A stretch of 64,000 bases of DNA from Dehalococcoidia bacterium (lineage in GTDB: Bacteria > Chloroflexota > Dehalococcoidia > Plut-88900): the NCBI GenBank assembly GCA_965249275.1, contig CBDFLQ010000005.1, forward strand, positions 160,001 through 224,000. The letters run 5' to 3'. How positions within the stretch are numbered: position 1 is the stretch's first letter; each line of letters begins with the position of its first letter. The notes beneath the pieces were generated by a model that had not been told where the DNA came from, made no database searches, and saw only the letters and a program-made list of their open reading frames with translations. Both the position numbers and the translations under genes were made by a program. This document shows positions 31,887 through 41,303 of this stretch, piece after piece.

Positions 31887-31940
31887 CCCGAACTCCTTTC
31901 GACGTGGCCTCTTCCCGTACCAAATGCGCCGCAAGTATAC
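31851..31940. repeat. 90-bp direct repeat, copy 2 (upstream region and 5' end of hicB)
   Basis: Matches 31221-31310. Confidence 0.9.
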
Positions 31941-32019
31941 CTTACACTCCCTATCCCATCTTTCCTCAGAATAGTCCTGGGGCTGTAGCCCGACACGCAA
32001 AAAGGCGTATAATTCCTCC

Positions 32020-32907
32020 ATGTTCGCCACAATCGGCAGAAGCTGGCAGCTCTACAAGGTCTGTTGGAAGGTCCTCCTCCACGACAAAGAACTGCTCGTC
32101 TTCCCCCTCATCTCGACCATCGCCCTTATCCTCACCATCGCCGTGATCTTCGGTTCCGGCATGGTCTTCCGCGCCGCCGACTCCGTTGAAGGCGGCCTCG
32201 TCCTGGGCCCCGCCGACTTTGTCATAATGGGCGTCTTCTACTTCATCAACTACTTCATAATCATCTATTTCAACGCCGCCCTAATTGGAGCGGCCCGCAT
32301 CCGGCTCCGCGGCGGTGACCCTACCATCCGAGACGGCTTCCGGGCCGCCAATTCCAACCTGATGGGCATCATCGGATGGGCCTTCATTTCCGCCATCGTC
32401 TCACTCATCTTCTACGCACTGGAAAAGGCCGCTTCTAACCGCGGCGGCTTCGGTGGCATCGCACTGATGATCACCACATGGTTGCTTCGCGGTGCATGGT
32501 CCGTCTTCACCTACCTCGTGATACCCGTGCTGGTAATCGAAGGTGTAGGCCCCATCGAGGCCATAAAGAGGTCGGCTGCACTCCTCCGTAAGACATGGGG
32601 TGAGCAGCTTGTCAGCAGGTTCGGCTTCGACTTGATGGTCATGATCGTCGGCCTGCCCATTGTCCTGGTGGCCGTCGCAATCGGGATTGTGATTCCCCAG
32701 CCCGCAGGCCTCATCATCGCCGTAGCCTTTGGGGTTGTGGCCCTCGGGGCCCTCATACTCGTGACCGCCGCCCTCAAGGCCATATACGTGGCAGCTCTGT
32801 ACGAATACGCCACCGACGGCGTCCTCCCCGACTTCTTCCCCCGTGAAGTCGTATCCGACAGTTGGACCCCTAAGGGCGGCCCTCAGTTCAGCCAGTACCG
32901 TCCTTAG
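32020..32907 (+). CDS. Membrane protein (DUF6159-like)
   Basis: DKELLVFP, FNAAL, GG.PTI..G and AIKRS..LLRKTWGE motifs with multiple TM segments. Confidence 0.8.
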   Translation: MFATIGRSWQLYKVCWKVLLHDKELLVFPLISTIALILTIAVIFGSGMVFRAADSVEGGLVLGPADFVIMGVFYFINYFIIIYFNAALIGAARIRLRGGDPTIRDGFRAANSNLMGIIGWAFISAIVSLIFYALEKAASNRGGFGGIALMITTWLLRGAWSVFTYLVIPVLVIEGVGPIEAIKRSAALLRKTWGEQLVSRFGFDLMVMIVGLPIVLVAVAIGIVIPQPAGLIIAVAFGVVALGALILVTAALKAIYVAALYEYATDGVLPDFFPREVVSDSWTPKGGPQFSQYRP

Positions 32908-34346
32908 ACTTCCGCCACCCCCGAGGCCACCGGACCTCCCAAGGGCGCTTTCGGACCTCCGCAAGCCACGAATTCTCCGTAGCCCGGCTTCTGCAGGATC
33001 TCCCCCTCCTTCATCACCACCTGTCCTCTCACCATCGTCATCCAGGGCCGGCCCTTCTGGCCCCACCCTTCGTAAAGGGTCAGTCCTGCATTGGTCTTCA
33101 GGTCCGATGCTGTGATAGTCCGCTCGTAGTCCGGGTCTATCAGTAGTAAGTCCGCGTCCGACCCTATGCTGATCGTCCCCTTCCGGGGGTACAGCCCGAA
33201 CACCCGCGCCGGGTTCTCCGCCAACGCCCTGGCTATCCATGTTATCGACATCCCCCTCTTCACCACACCCTCGCTGTACATCAGCGGCAGCATAGTCTCC
33301 ACCGACGCACTCCCGAAGGGCACCGTGTTCCCCTGCGCGTCCTGGAACACGTTGTCCCACCCCGACTCCTTCTTCTCCTTGTGCGTCGCCGAGTGGTCGC
33401 TCGCCACTATGGAGATTTGTCCGCCTTGCAGCCCTCCCCACAGGGCTTCCTGGTCAGGCCCTTCTTCCGGCCTTAGAGGAGGCCCGATCTTCGCATGGGG
33501 CCCCCACTTCTCCATCTCTGCATCGGACAGCAACAGGTACTGGGGACAGGTCTCGGTCCACACCCGCTGGCCGTTCTGCTGGGCATCCTTGATCTTCTCC
33601 AGCCCTCCCTGCGTGCTTAAGTGCACCACGTAGGTTGGGCAATTGGTCATCGCACCCATCTGGATCGCCCTATTAACGGCCTCCGCCTCGGCCCACGGGG
33701 GACAGGCTTGAGGGAAGAAGCGCGGATGCGTGCATCCTTCGGACATGAGCTTGTTCTGCAGGTAGTCCAGCACGTCGCCGTTTTCGCAGTGAAGCTGGGT
33801 CAGCCCGCCGTGACTCCCGATAACGTCCATGGCCTGGCAGATGAAGTCGTCAGAGCACATTCGGTACTTGCGTGTTTTGTAGGTCATGAACATCTTGTAA
33901 GACGTGACACCCATGTCGAAGGCCTCGGGGAGACCCTCCAGTATGTAGGGCTGCTTGTGTAGGATGAAGTGAAAAGCGTAGTCCAGCACCGACGCCGCCT
34001 TCGCCTCTTCCTTGATGCGCCTGATCGCCGTGGGAATCGTCTCACCGTTCAGGTCGTCGTATATGCAGAACACTATCAGGCTCGTGATGCCTGAATGGGC
34101 CGCGGCCAGCGGAGCGTCGACCCAGTCGTCGCACTTCAACGAGTCTATGTGCATGTGAGCGTCTATCGCGCCTGGCAGCACATACTTCCCCGAGGCATCT
34201 ATGTACCGCTCAGCCTCCGGCAGCAACTCCCTCGGCCCCAGCGCCACGATCCTCCCATCCTTTACTGCCACACTCGTCCGTACCACGTCTGACGACGTAA
34301 CTACCTCACCATCATGCACTATCGTATCTACGTGCCTGCTGTTCAT
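32904..34346 (-). CDS. Dihydropyrimidinase/hydantoinase-like cyclic amidohydrolase
   Basis: PGAIDAHMH, SYKMFM (carbamylated Lys position), LHCENG, VVHLS, ASDH and KG.I..GSDAD motifs. Confidence 0.9.
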   Translation of the reverse strand: MNSRHVDTIVHDGEVVTSSDVVRTSVAVKDGRIVALGPRELLPEAERYIDASGKYVLPGAIDAHMHIDSLKCDDWVDAPLAAAHSGITSLIVFCIYDDLNGETIPTAIRRIKEEAKAASVLDYAFHFILHKQPYILEGLPEAFDMGVTSYKMFMTYKTRKYRMCSDDFICQAMDVIGSHGGLTQLHCENGDVLDYLQNKLMSEGCTHPRFFPQACPPWAEAEAVNRAIQMGAMTNCPTYVVHLSTQGGLEKIKDAQQNGQRVWTETCPQYLLLSDAEMEKWGPHAKIGPPLRPEEGPDQEALWGGLQGGQISIVASDHSATHKEKKESGWDNVFQDAQGNTVPFGSASVETMLPLMYSEGVVKRGMSITWIARALAENPARVFGLYPRKGTISIGSDADLLLIDPDYERTITASDLKTNAGLTLYEGWGQKGRPWMTMVRGQVVMKEGEILQKPGYGEFVACGGPKAPLGGPVASGVAEV

Positions 34347-34460
34347 AGGGTATTCCTCCTGAAGTTGGGGGGTCGCGCCCGTGCCGCTGCCCGTAATTCT
34401 AGTCTACCCTTCCTAGTATTTCACCCCCACGACTCCCTCCGTCCTCCCAAGATTCTTTCC

Positions 34461-34535
34461 GTCATTCCTGCGGAGGCATGAACCGATCCCCGGCGGCGGG
34501 GCCGCTCACCCTGAGCTTAGTCGAAGGGTCGAGCG
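34461..34535 (+). repeat. Composite REP-like cluster (GTCATTCCTGCGGAGG plus family B core)
   Basis: Both 16-mers recur at 57293-57308 and 57259-57274 in swapped order. Confidence 0.8.
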
Positions 34536-34694
34536 GGGGTGGCGCCCGCAATGCCAATCTGTCGTGGTAGCCCTAACACCACTCCACCCCCTTCTCCCCC
34601 ATCATCCCCTTCCCCCTCCCCACCTGGGATATACTACCCGTTAATCAGTCCCGCATATTCGAAGCCCTTGCTCAGCACCGAAAGGGGAATTCCC

Positions 34695-35306
34695 ATGGTA
34701 CAGCTAGGAAAATTAGTCGAGTCCGTCACCATCCCCGCCCGACACGGGCGCGCTGTCGTAGTGCGCGGAGGCCAGAAAGTAAAGGTGACCGATGTCGACG
34801 GCAAGCAGGTCTGCGACTTCTTCGCCCTCCGCGCCTCAAACCCTTCCGTATACCTCTCCGGCGTCTACACTCGCAGCACCATCGCAAGGGTGCGCCCCCG
34901 CGTCGGGGACACCCTATTCGACAACCATCGAATCGCCATCATGGCCTTCCTGGAAGACACTACCATCGGCATCCACGACATGCTCTACGCACCCTGCGAC
35001 CCCCAGAGATACCTCATCGACTACGAGGTAACCGAGCATCGGAGCTGCAAGGAAAACGTTCTGGAAGCCCTGGCAACGCTCGATGTTCACCCCCCCGTAA
35101 CCCCCGAGGTCTTCAACATCTTCCAGAACAGCAGCCCCGACGACGATGGCAACCTTTCCGTGAAGGAGCCCGTCTCCCGGGCCGGCGACTACGTAGTCCT
35201 GCTGGCCCTCGACGACCTGATCGTAGCCGGTTCGGCCTGTCCCCAGGACCTCAACCCCTGCAACGGGTTCAACCCCAGCGACCTCACCCTGGAGGTGTAC
35301 GACTAG
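34695..35306 (+). CDS. DUF1989 / urea carboxylase-associated family protein
   Basis: V.D..G.QV.D, HDML..PCD, H.SC.EN, FNIFQN and SACPQD motifs. Confidence 0.9.
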   Translation: MVQLGKLVESVTIPARHGRAVVVRGGQKVKVTDVDGKQVCDFFALRASNPSVYLSGVYTRSTIARVRPRVGDTLFDNHRIAIMAFLEDTTIGIHDMLYAPCDPQRYLIDYEVTEHRSCKENVLEALATLDVHPPVTPEVFNIFQNSSPDDDGNLSVKEPVSRAGDYVVLLALDDLIVAGSACPQDLNPCNGFNPSDLTLEVYD

Positions 35307-35322
35307 GGGACGGGCATCGCCA

Positions 35323-36324
35323 ATGAAAGCCATGTCCTTCAGCGCTCCCGCATTAGTGGAGCGTAGGCCCCTCCAATTGACGGAGTCCCTGGCCCCCGAG
35401 CCCGGCCCCGGTCAGGTACTCGTCCGGGTCACGGCTTGTGGCGTCTGCCGCACCGACCTCCACATCATCGAAGGTGAGCTCCCGCCCAGAAAATCCCCCC
35501 TGGTTCCCGGTCACCAGGTAGTCGGGACCGTGGAGAAGTTGGGCCCCGAAGTTGAAGGCTTCGAAATCGGAGCCCGAGTCGGCATCCCGTGGGTACATCG
35601 GACCTGCGGCTGCTGCGCCTTCTGCCAACGTGGCCGCGAGAACCTCTGCGAGTCCGCCCTCTTCAACGGCTACAGCGTGAACGGTGGCTACGCCGATTAC
35701 ATCCTGTCTGATGAGAGTTTCACATTCCCCATCCCCGACGCCTTCCCCGACCTCCAGGCCACCCCCCTCCTCTGCGCCGGGGTCATCGGCTACCGCGCCC
35801 TCCGCCTCGCCGATGTCCCAACCAACGGCAGGCTCGGCCTATACGGTTTCGGAGGTTCGGCCCACGTAGTCATACAGATCGCCGTCCACATGGGCCTCGA
35901 AGTCTATGTCTTCTCCCGCAGCGAGAAGCACGGTGCCTTGGCCCGAGACCTCGGCGCAGTGTGGGTCGGAAGCGCGAAGAAAGGCCCACCCCGAAAGCTC
36001 GACGCCTCAATCATCTTCGCCCCCGCCGGCGAGCTCATCCCCCTCGCCTTGGAACATCTCACAAAGGGCGGTGTCCTCTCCCTCGCCGGAATCTACATGA
36101 CCCAAGTCCCGGCCCTAGACTACACCCGACAGCTCTACGACGAAAAGGTCATTCGCAGCGTCGCCAACAGCACCCGCCAGGACGTGAAAGAGCTGCTAAC
36201 CCTCGCCGCCGAGGTCCCCGTCCGCACCCGAGTCCAACCCTTCCCCCTGGAATCCGCCAACGACGCCCTAATAGACCTAAAACAAGGCCGCATCAACGGC
36301 GCCGCCGCCCTTACCCTCACCTAA
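35323..36324 (+). CDS. Zinc-dependent alcohol dehydrogenase family protein
   Basis: CGVCRTDLH, PGHQVVG, C..C..C.......C and GLYGFG motifs. Confidence 0.95.
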   Translation: MKAMSFSAPALVERRPLQLTESLAPEPGPGQVLVRVTACGVCRTDLHIIEGELPPRKSPLVPGHQVVGTVEKLGPEVEGFEIGARVGIPWVHRTCGCCAFCQRGRENLCESALFNGYSVNGGYADYILSDESFTFPIPDAFPDLQATPLLCAGVIGYRALRLADVPTNGRLGLYGFGGSAHVVIQIAVHMGLEVYVFSRSEKHGALARDLGAVWVGSAKKGPPRKLDASIIFAPAGELIPLALEHLTKGGVLSLAGIYMTQVPALDYTRQLYDEKVIRSVANSTRQDVKELLTLAAEVPVRTRVQPFPLESANDALIDLKQGRINGAAALTLT

Positions 36325-36360
36325 CCCCTCCCCCTATCCGTGTCACCCTCTATTCTTCTA

Positions 36361-36400
36361 CTGTCATCCCGAGGCTCCGCGAGGGATCTAGGACTTGCCC
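36361..36400 (+). repeat. REP-like repeat family A, forward copy
   Basis: CTGTCATCCCGAGGCTCCGCGAGGGATCTAGGACTTGCCC. Confidence 0.92.
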
Positions 36401-36549
36401 TCTCACTTACCTACTTCATTCCACTTCCCTTCTCCCCTTAAACAAAGCGATATGGCTGATGCTGCTTAGCAGCATCAGCCATATCGCATCAAACAGGGCG
36501 GGTGGGTGGGAACCTATTTTCCCGCCGTAGGGGCACTTTCTAAGCTAGT

Positions 36550-37071
36550 CTAGTAAAACCACCCCAACCCCTTGTGCAGCCCTCGCAGGTAGGCTATCTG
36601 CCCTCCGTGCACCATCGCCTCGTTCACAATGACCTGAACGATGTTTGCCAACGGCACCGTACCATCGCCCATCATCGAAGGCACCTGCTTGTCCAGGTCC
36701 TCGGAACTCAGCGACGCCAGGTACTCCGCCACCTTCTTCTCCGTTTGCCCGAAGTACTCCTTCAGTGCATCCACTGACCCCACACCAAACGACTCCAGGT
36801 CCTCCGCCTTATGTCCGAAGCCCATACCCTTGGTTTCCTCGGAAATTCCGCACTTCTCCGCCCATCCATCGTTCCACAACTCCGCCGACCCGTCCAAAGA
36901 CGATACTAACCCGTCCTCCGCCCGAGCCAGGTGCCACAGCAGCCAAACCATCGAGTTGCATTCCGAATTCGGCCTGGTCGCAACCTCCTCATCCGAAAGG
37001 CCGCCCAGGGCCTTTCTAATCATGCTCCGGTTCCCCTTCAGCAGATTCGTCAGCAGCTCATTGGCTTCCAT
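36550..37071 (-). CDS. DinB/YfiT-like four-helix protein
   Basis: NSM.WLLWHLAR.ED and HGGQIAYLRG motifs. Confidence 0.85.
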   Translation of the reverse strand: MEANELLTNLLKGNRSMIRKALGGLSDEEVATRPNSECNSMVWLLWHLARAEDGLVSSLDGSAELWNDGWAEKCGISEETKGMGFGHKAEDLESFGVGSVDALKEYFGQTEKKVAEYLASLSSEDLDKQVPSMMGDGTVPLANIVQVIVNEAMVHGGQIAYLRGLHKGLGWFY

Positions 37072-37194
37072 ATCCCCTCCGAATTGTTGCTCTATCTAGA
37101 CTTCTGTTGCGCTCCCCGCGGTCGAACCCCGATTTTAACATAGCCATCCCGTCCCCCGATCCGACTAACGAAGTACGGTTATCCATGCCTTGAC

Positions 37195-39309
37195 CTACCT
37201 CACAAAAACCGACAACCCTATAAGTTGCTCACTAAGGAAGCCCTCACCTGTGTCCCGCCAGACGGTTACCGTGTACACGCCGGGCTTTTGGATAAGCCCA
37301 CTCACGTCTGCCGAGAAACTGAATCTTTCATCGGTCTCACTCCAAGAATCTGCGACTACTTCATTGCCGTCTAGGTTTGAGTAGTGCCACCCCGGTTCAG
37401 GGGGTTCAAGTATACGTATGACCGGATCGCCACATCTCGTCGTCTGCCCTCCCCCGACACAATAGCTGTCCAGTCTCTCTATCTGTGCCACAGACATCCG
37501 CACAGGTGTGGGATCGTAGTAGATGCTCACTACTTGCCCAATGTCGATTCCCCGCTCTCGTTTTACGAGTTCCAAGGAAAGAGTCCCATTCCGAGTAAGC
37601 GTGGGCCTCGACCGAACAGTTACTGCTCCTCCCTCGAAGTGCTGTACGAATGCCACTCTCTTCTTGTTCCAAAAGATGCCTATGTTGACTGCCCTGTGGC
37701 TCTCCCCAAGTATGTTATCCCGATGGCCCCAGTCCGCATGCGCATCGTCGTACATCATCGCCCACTGGTGATTAGTTATTGCTTCCTCTGGGTCTGATAA
37801 ATTGCACCTCACCAACCACGAATCGCAATTTTGAGTTTGCCATCTTTGGTCGGTCCACCCACTGAAGGCCGCATTCTCGCTCGCGTAGCTCGTGCCCCCG
37901 TTCTGTGTGTAGACCATATATGGCTTACGGCCATCCACCCACCAGTGGCCCAGATAACCATGTTCGACCATGTCTTGGGCATGGAGCTGGGCAGCAATGT
38001 TGGAGCCCAAAACTACAGTTGATAGTCCATATTTGGCCCTGTCCTCGTTAATCAACTTCAAAGCATGCTCTCGCAAACACTCTATGTCGTTACTGCATGG
38101 CCGAGGCGTCGCAGTAGGCCGTGGTGTTGCCGTCGGAGCAGGAATAGTGGTGGGCCTTGGCGCAGGCGTGGGCACGGGTGTAGCGGTGGGAGTTGGGAGT
38201 GGAACAGGTGTAGAAGTGGGTATCGGGGTGGAGGTCGGTACCGGAGTTGAGGTCGGTATCGGCGTCGGCGAGGGCACCGGCGTCGGCGATGGCACAGGCG
38301 TGGGCACGACGCTGCACGACGGCAGTCCGAGGGTGTTCAGATCGTCGTCGTAGATAGCAGCCTGCAGTTCCTCCGATATGCACCCTGACAACGGGTTCCC
38401 CTCCACCAGCAGGCTGGTCAACCTGCCCATGTTGAACAGGTTGATTGGCACTACACCATTCAAGTTGTTGTCGATCAGATACAGGAGGGTGACCCTGCCA
38501 TCCGAGTCCGTATCCACCCCATACCACTCCCTAAGGGGCGCGTCGCTGAGCCAGTTGCGATTGTCCGTCCAGTTCGAACCATCGGTGGCTTCATACAGCC
38601 GGACGAGTGCCTCCCGGTCGGTGGCCGGGGATTGCACGTCGGGTGGGAGGGGGAAAGGCACCGGAGTTGGGGTGAGAACCGGGGTAGCAGTAGGGCCAAG
38701 GGTTGGCGTCGGGGGCAGGGCTGTTGGAGGAGCCGGCGTAGACGTTGGGGACGGGACCGCTTCTTCTCCCTCATCAACAAAGTACGGCAAGGCCAAGTAG
38801 ACCCGGACAACCCCTCCGGCAATCAACAAGACCAGACAAGCAAGAATTAGGCATCGCCGTATTTGCTTACATCCCCGATGTTGACCTCTTCCAGCATCTG
38901 TCTTACGTCCTTGAGTTTCTTCGGCAGGACGTCTATCTCCACCCCTCGAGGCTGATTCCCTAGCCCTCCGTTCCGCCCCGGCCTTTCGTGCGACTTCCCT
39001 TGCAACCCGAGCCTTCTCTACTGCGTCTTCCGCTTGACGTACAGTTTCCTTATCTCTCCGCTTACTCTGTGCTTCATGAGCAGCTTCCCTTGCTCTGCGG
39101 GCGGTTTCACTCTTTTCGCCTGACTTATACTCCCCACCATGCCGTCTCACCGGTCCCGACAGGAACCCTTTCCCAAAACACCTGGGGCAGCGCACCCACC
39201 GTCCGCCGGGATCACGACTCGCGTACTGCCCATGCACTCTGCCATGACCACCGCACAGGTCGCACTCGTACAGAAAAATCTCGTGACCCTGGTCTCGGTG
39301 CTGGCCCAC
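37195..39309 (-). CDS. Membrane-anchored multidomain protein: CxxCxGxG zinc finger, TM, Pro/Thr linkers, LRR cap and CAP/SCP domain
   Basis: CDLCGGHG...CPRCFGKG, a hydrophobic helix, DREALV.LY.AT.G.NW....WLS, then LIN.DR, AQ.HA.DM, EN.A and WGHRDNIL. Confidence 0.78.
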   Translation of the reverse strand: MGQHRDQGHEIFLYECDLCGGHGRVHGQYASRDPGGRWVRCPRCFGKGFLSGPVRRHGGEYKSGEKSETARRAREAAHEAQSKRRDKETVRQAEDAVEKARVAREVARKAGAERRARESASRGGDRRPAEETQGRKTDAGRGQHRGCKQIRRCLILACLVLLIAGGVVRVYLALPYFVDEGEEAVPSPTSTPAPPTALPPTPTLGPTATPVLTPTPVPFPLPPDVQSPATDREALVRLYEATDGSNWTDNRNWLSDAPLREWYGVDTDSDGRVTLLYLIDNNLNGVVPINLFNMGRLTSLLVEGNPLSGCISEELQAAIYDDDLNTLGLPSCSVVPTPVPSPTPVPSPTPIPTSTPVPTSTPIPTSTPVPLPTPTATPVPTPAPRPTTIPAPTATPRPTATPRPCSNDIECLREHALKLINEDRAKYGLSTVVLGSNIAAQLHAQDMVEHGYLGHWWVDGRKPYMVYTQNGGTSYASENAAFSGWTDQRWQTQNCDSWLVRCNLSDPEEAITNHQWAMMYDDAHADWGHRDNILGESHRAVNIGIFWNKKRVAFVQHFEGGAVTVRSRPTLTRNGTLSLELVKRERGIDIGQVVSIYYDPTPVRMSVAQIERLDSYCVGGGQTTRCGDPVIRILEPPEPGWHYSNLDGNEVVADSWSETDERFSFSADVSGLIQKPGVYTVTVWRDTGEGFLSEQLIGLSVFVR

Positions 39310-39436
39310 GTGCGACCTGCAGAGTAGCCTCCAGTCCGTTTGGCAGTAGCAATACGCCGGAAGCCCGCAGCGAGGAACACTGCAATAGAAGCCCTCGCTC
39401 TGTTGGAACGCATTGAAGCGACCTTATCCTAGAACA

Positions 39437-40567
39437 TTAAGCCCCGTTAATCGGCGGCCCCCCCTCCCCTTCTGACCCCGCCACCTCGCTCGGGTACACC
39501 AGCTTCCGTACCGGGTAGTTGATCTCGATCCCTTCCTCCCTGAACCTCCGGTGCACTCCCCGGATGATCTGGTCCCTGAGTAAGTACTGATCCACGAACC
39601 CCTTCACCTTATAGATGATCGAGAAATCGATGTTTGAATCTCCAAAGTTGCTGAACCTCACCGCCGGTGTATAGCTCATGTCCGCCCTGTCCGTCCGGCT
39701 TAACACGTCGTTGACAACCTCCAGGGCCACGTCGTTTACGTGCTGCAGGTCGCTCTCGTAGCTTACCCCTCCCTTCACTATCGCAAAGACAGAAGGATCG
39801 GGCCCCTGGTAGTTCGTCACCAACGACTCCGATAGCTTCCCGTTCGGTATGATCATCATGTTGTTCCAGAACGTCCTTATCTTCGTCGTCCGCCACCCCA
39901 CGTGCACCACCCACCCTGACGCTCCGCTCTCCATCTCGATGTAGTCTCCTACCCCGATCCCACTCTCCGTCACCGTATACGTACCCGCTACAAAGTTTGC
40001 CAGCGTCGGCTGAATCGCCAGGGCCACGGCCAACCCGCCGATGCCTAGTCCGGCAATCAGAGGACTCACGTTCAACCCCTGCGACTGCAGGACCAGCATC
40101 ACCACGAGGCCATAGATCACCACGCTGGACACCCGTTGGACCAGGGGCAGCACCCTGTCGTCCCAAGTGGCCGCCGTTTTCCCGGCAATCTCCTGGCCGT
40201 ACCAGATGATCACCGCATCGATCACCCGCTTTATCAAGTAACCCACTACCAGGATCAGTGCGGAAAGCAGGCCTCTGTCTACCAGTTCCTGGTGCTCGTC
40301 CAGAAAAGTGGTGGCTGTCAAACCTATGTACGGGCCGAAAACCAGCACGAACAGGAAGACCGGCCGGCCTATCGCGCTGACCAGGAGGTCGTCCAGAGAC
40401 GTGCTCGTCCTGCCCGTCGCCTTCCTGACTACCTTGCTGACAATGAAATACACCAGGAAGGCCGCCACTATAGCCACCCCGAAGTAGGCCGCTCCGAATG
40501 CGGCCTCCAACCCCGCCGACCCTACCGCAAATTCCGGAAGCAGGTATGTTGCCTCATTTTCGTTCAT
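39437..40567 (-). CDS. mscS: Small-conductance mechanosensitive channel
   Basis: LGIGGLAVALA.Q.TL.N..AG, GD.I, GWRTT.I and IPN..L motifs. Confidence 0.93.
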   Translation of the reverse strand: MNENEATYLLPEFAVGSAGLEAAFGAAYFGVAIVAAFLVYFIVSKVVRKATGRTSTSLDDLLVSAIGRPVFLFVLVFGPYIGLTATTFLDEHQELVDRGLLSALILVVGYLIKRVIDAVIIWYGQEIAGKTAATWDDRVLPLVQRVSSVVIYGLVVMLVLQSQGLNVSPLIAGLGIGGLAVALAIQPTLANFVAGTYTVTESGIGVGDYIEMESGASGWVVHVGWRTTKIRTFWNNMMIIPNGKLSESLVTNYQGPDPSVFAIVKGGVSYESDLQHVNDVALEVVNDVLSRTDRADMSYTPAVRFSNFGDSNIDFSIIYKVKGFVDQYLLRDQIIRGVHRRFREEGIEINYPVRKLVYPSEVAGSEGEGGPPINGA

Positions 40568-40663
40568 AGCTTTTTATCCCGTTCATTGAGAGTCCTTGGC
40601 CACTTCAGGCCATTATACTTAGCCGCCCTACTAAGGCGAAGGCCAAACCCCCTCTGGTCATCC

Positions 40664-40701
40664 CCCACCCCAGGGCGACCGGCCGGTCGCCCTGGGGTGG
40701 G
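40664..40701. repeat. Perfect 38-bp palindrome (REP-like core GGGCGACCGGCCGGTCGCCC)
   Basis: CCCACCCCAGGGCGACCGG|CCGGTCGCCCTGGGGTGGG with no spacer. Confidence 0.9.
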
Positions 40702-40783
40702 CCCCCTGTTTCGTTCTCAATACCGGAACGTTAGAATAGGTGCCGCGCCTATAGAGCGCCGCCACAAGTAACCGGAGGTCTCC

Positions 40784-41302
40784 ATGCCCGAACCCACCCA
40801 AGATATGGGGCTCGTAACCACCTTCATCGCCGAGTCCATCGGCCAGCCCGGCAAACGTACTTTCCGGCTCCTCTTGGGTTCGGATGCGGGCACTGCCGTC
40901 ATCTGGCTTGAAAAAGAGCAGCTCCTGGAGCTAAGCCTCCATCTCAAACGGACAGTCGGCATGCTCGACGAGACCGAGCAGCCCCCCACCCCCAGCCAAG
41001 AATACCCGGGCCCCGAGACCCCCGTCGTAGAGTTCAAGCTCGGCAAGCAAGCTATAGAGTTCGACGAAGAGCACTCTGTCTTCCGTTTCTGGAACTACGA
41101 CGTAGAAGATGAGTCCAACGTAGCCTCCCTGGTCTTCGAAGCAACCATAGCGCAGGTCGAGCACTTCTCCGATGAAAGCCTCAAGGTCTGCTCCTCCGGT
41201 CGACCCATCTGCCAGCTCTGCCACCAACCCATCGATCCCGACGGCCACTTCTGCGCCCGCTCCAACGGCCATCCCATCAACGCGGTCGAGAGGTTGCAGT
41301 AA
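40784..41302 (+). CDS. DUF3090 family protein
   Basis: IGQPGKRTF.L, WLEKEQ and GRP.C.LC..PIDPDGHFC.RSNG motifs. Confidence 0.9.
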   Translation: MPEPTQDMGLVTTFIAESIGQPGKRTFRLLLGSDAGTAVIWLEKEQLLELSLHLKRTVGMLDETEQPPTPSQEYPGPETPVVEFKLGKQAIEFDEEHSVFRFWNYDVEDESNVASLVFEATIAQVEHFSDESLKVCSSGRPICQLCHQPIDPDGHFCARSNGHPINAVERLQ

Positions 41303-41303
41303 C

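Noticed and set aside
38107-38310. Periodic GGCGTCGG/GGTGT repeats
   Set aside because: They encode a Pro/Thr linker within the CAP-domain protein.
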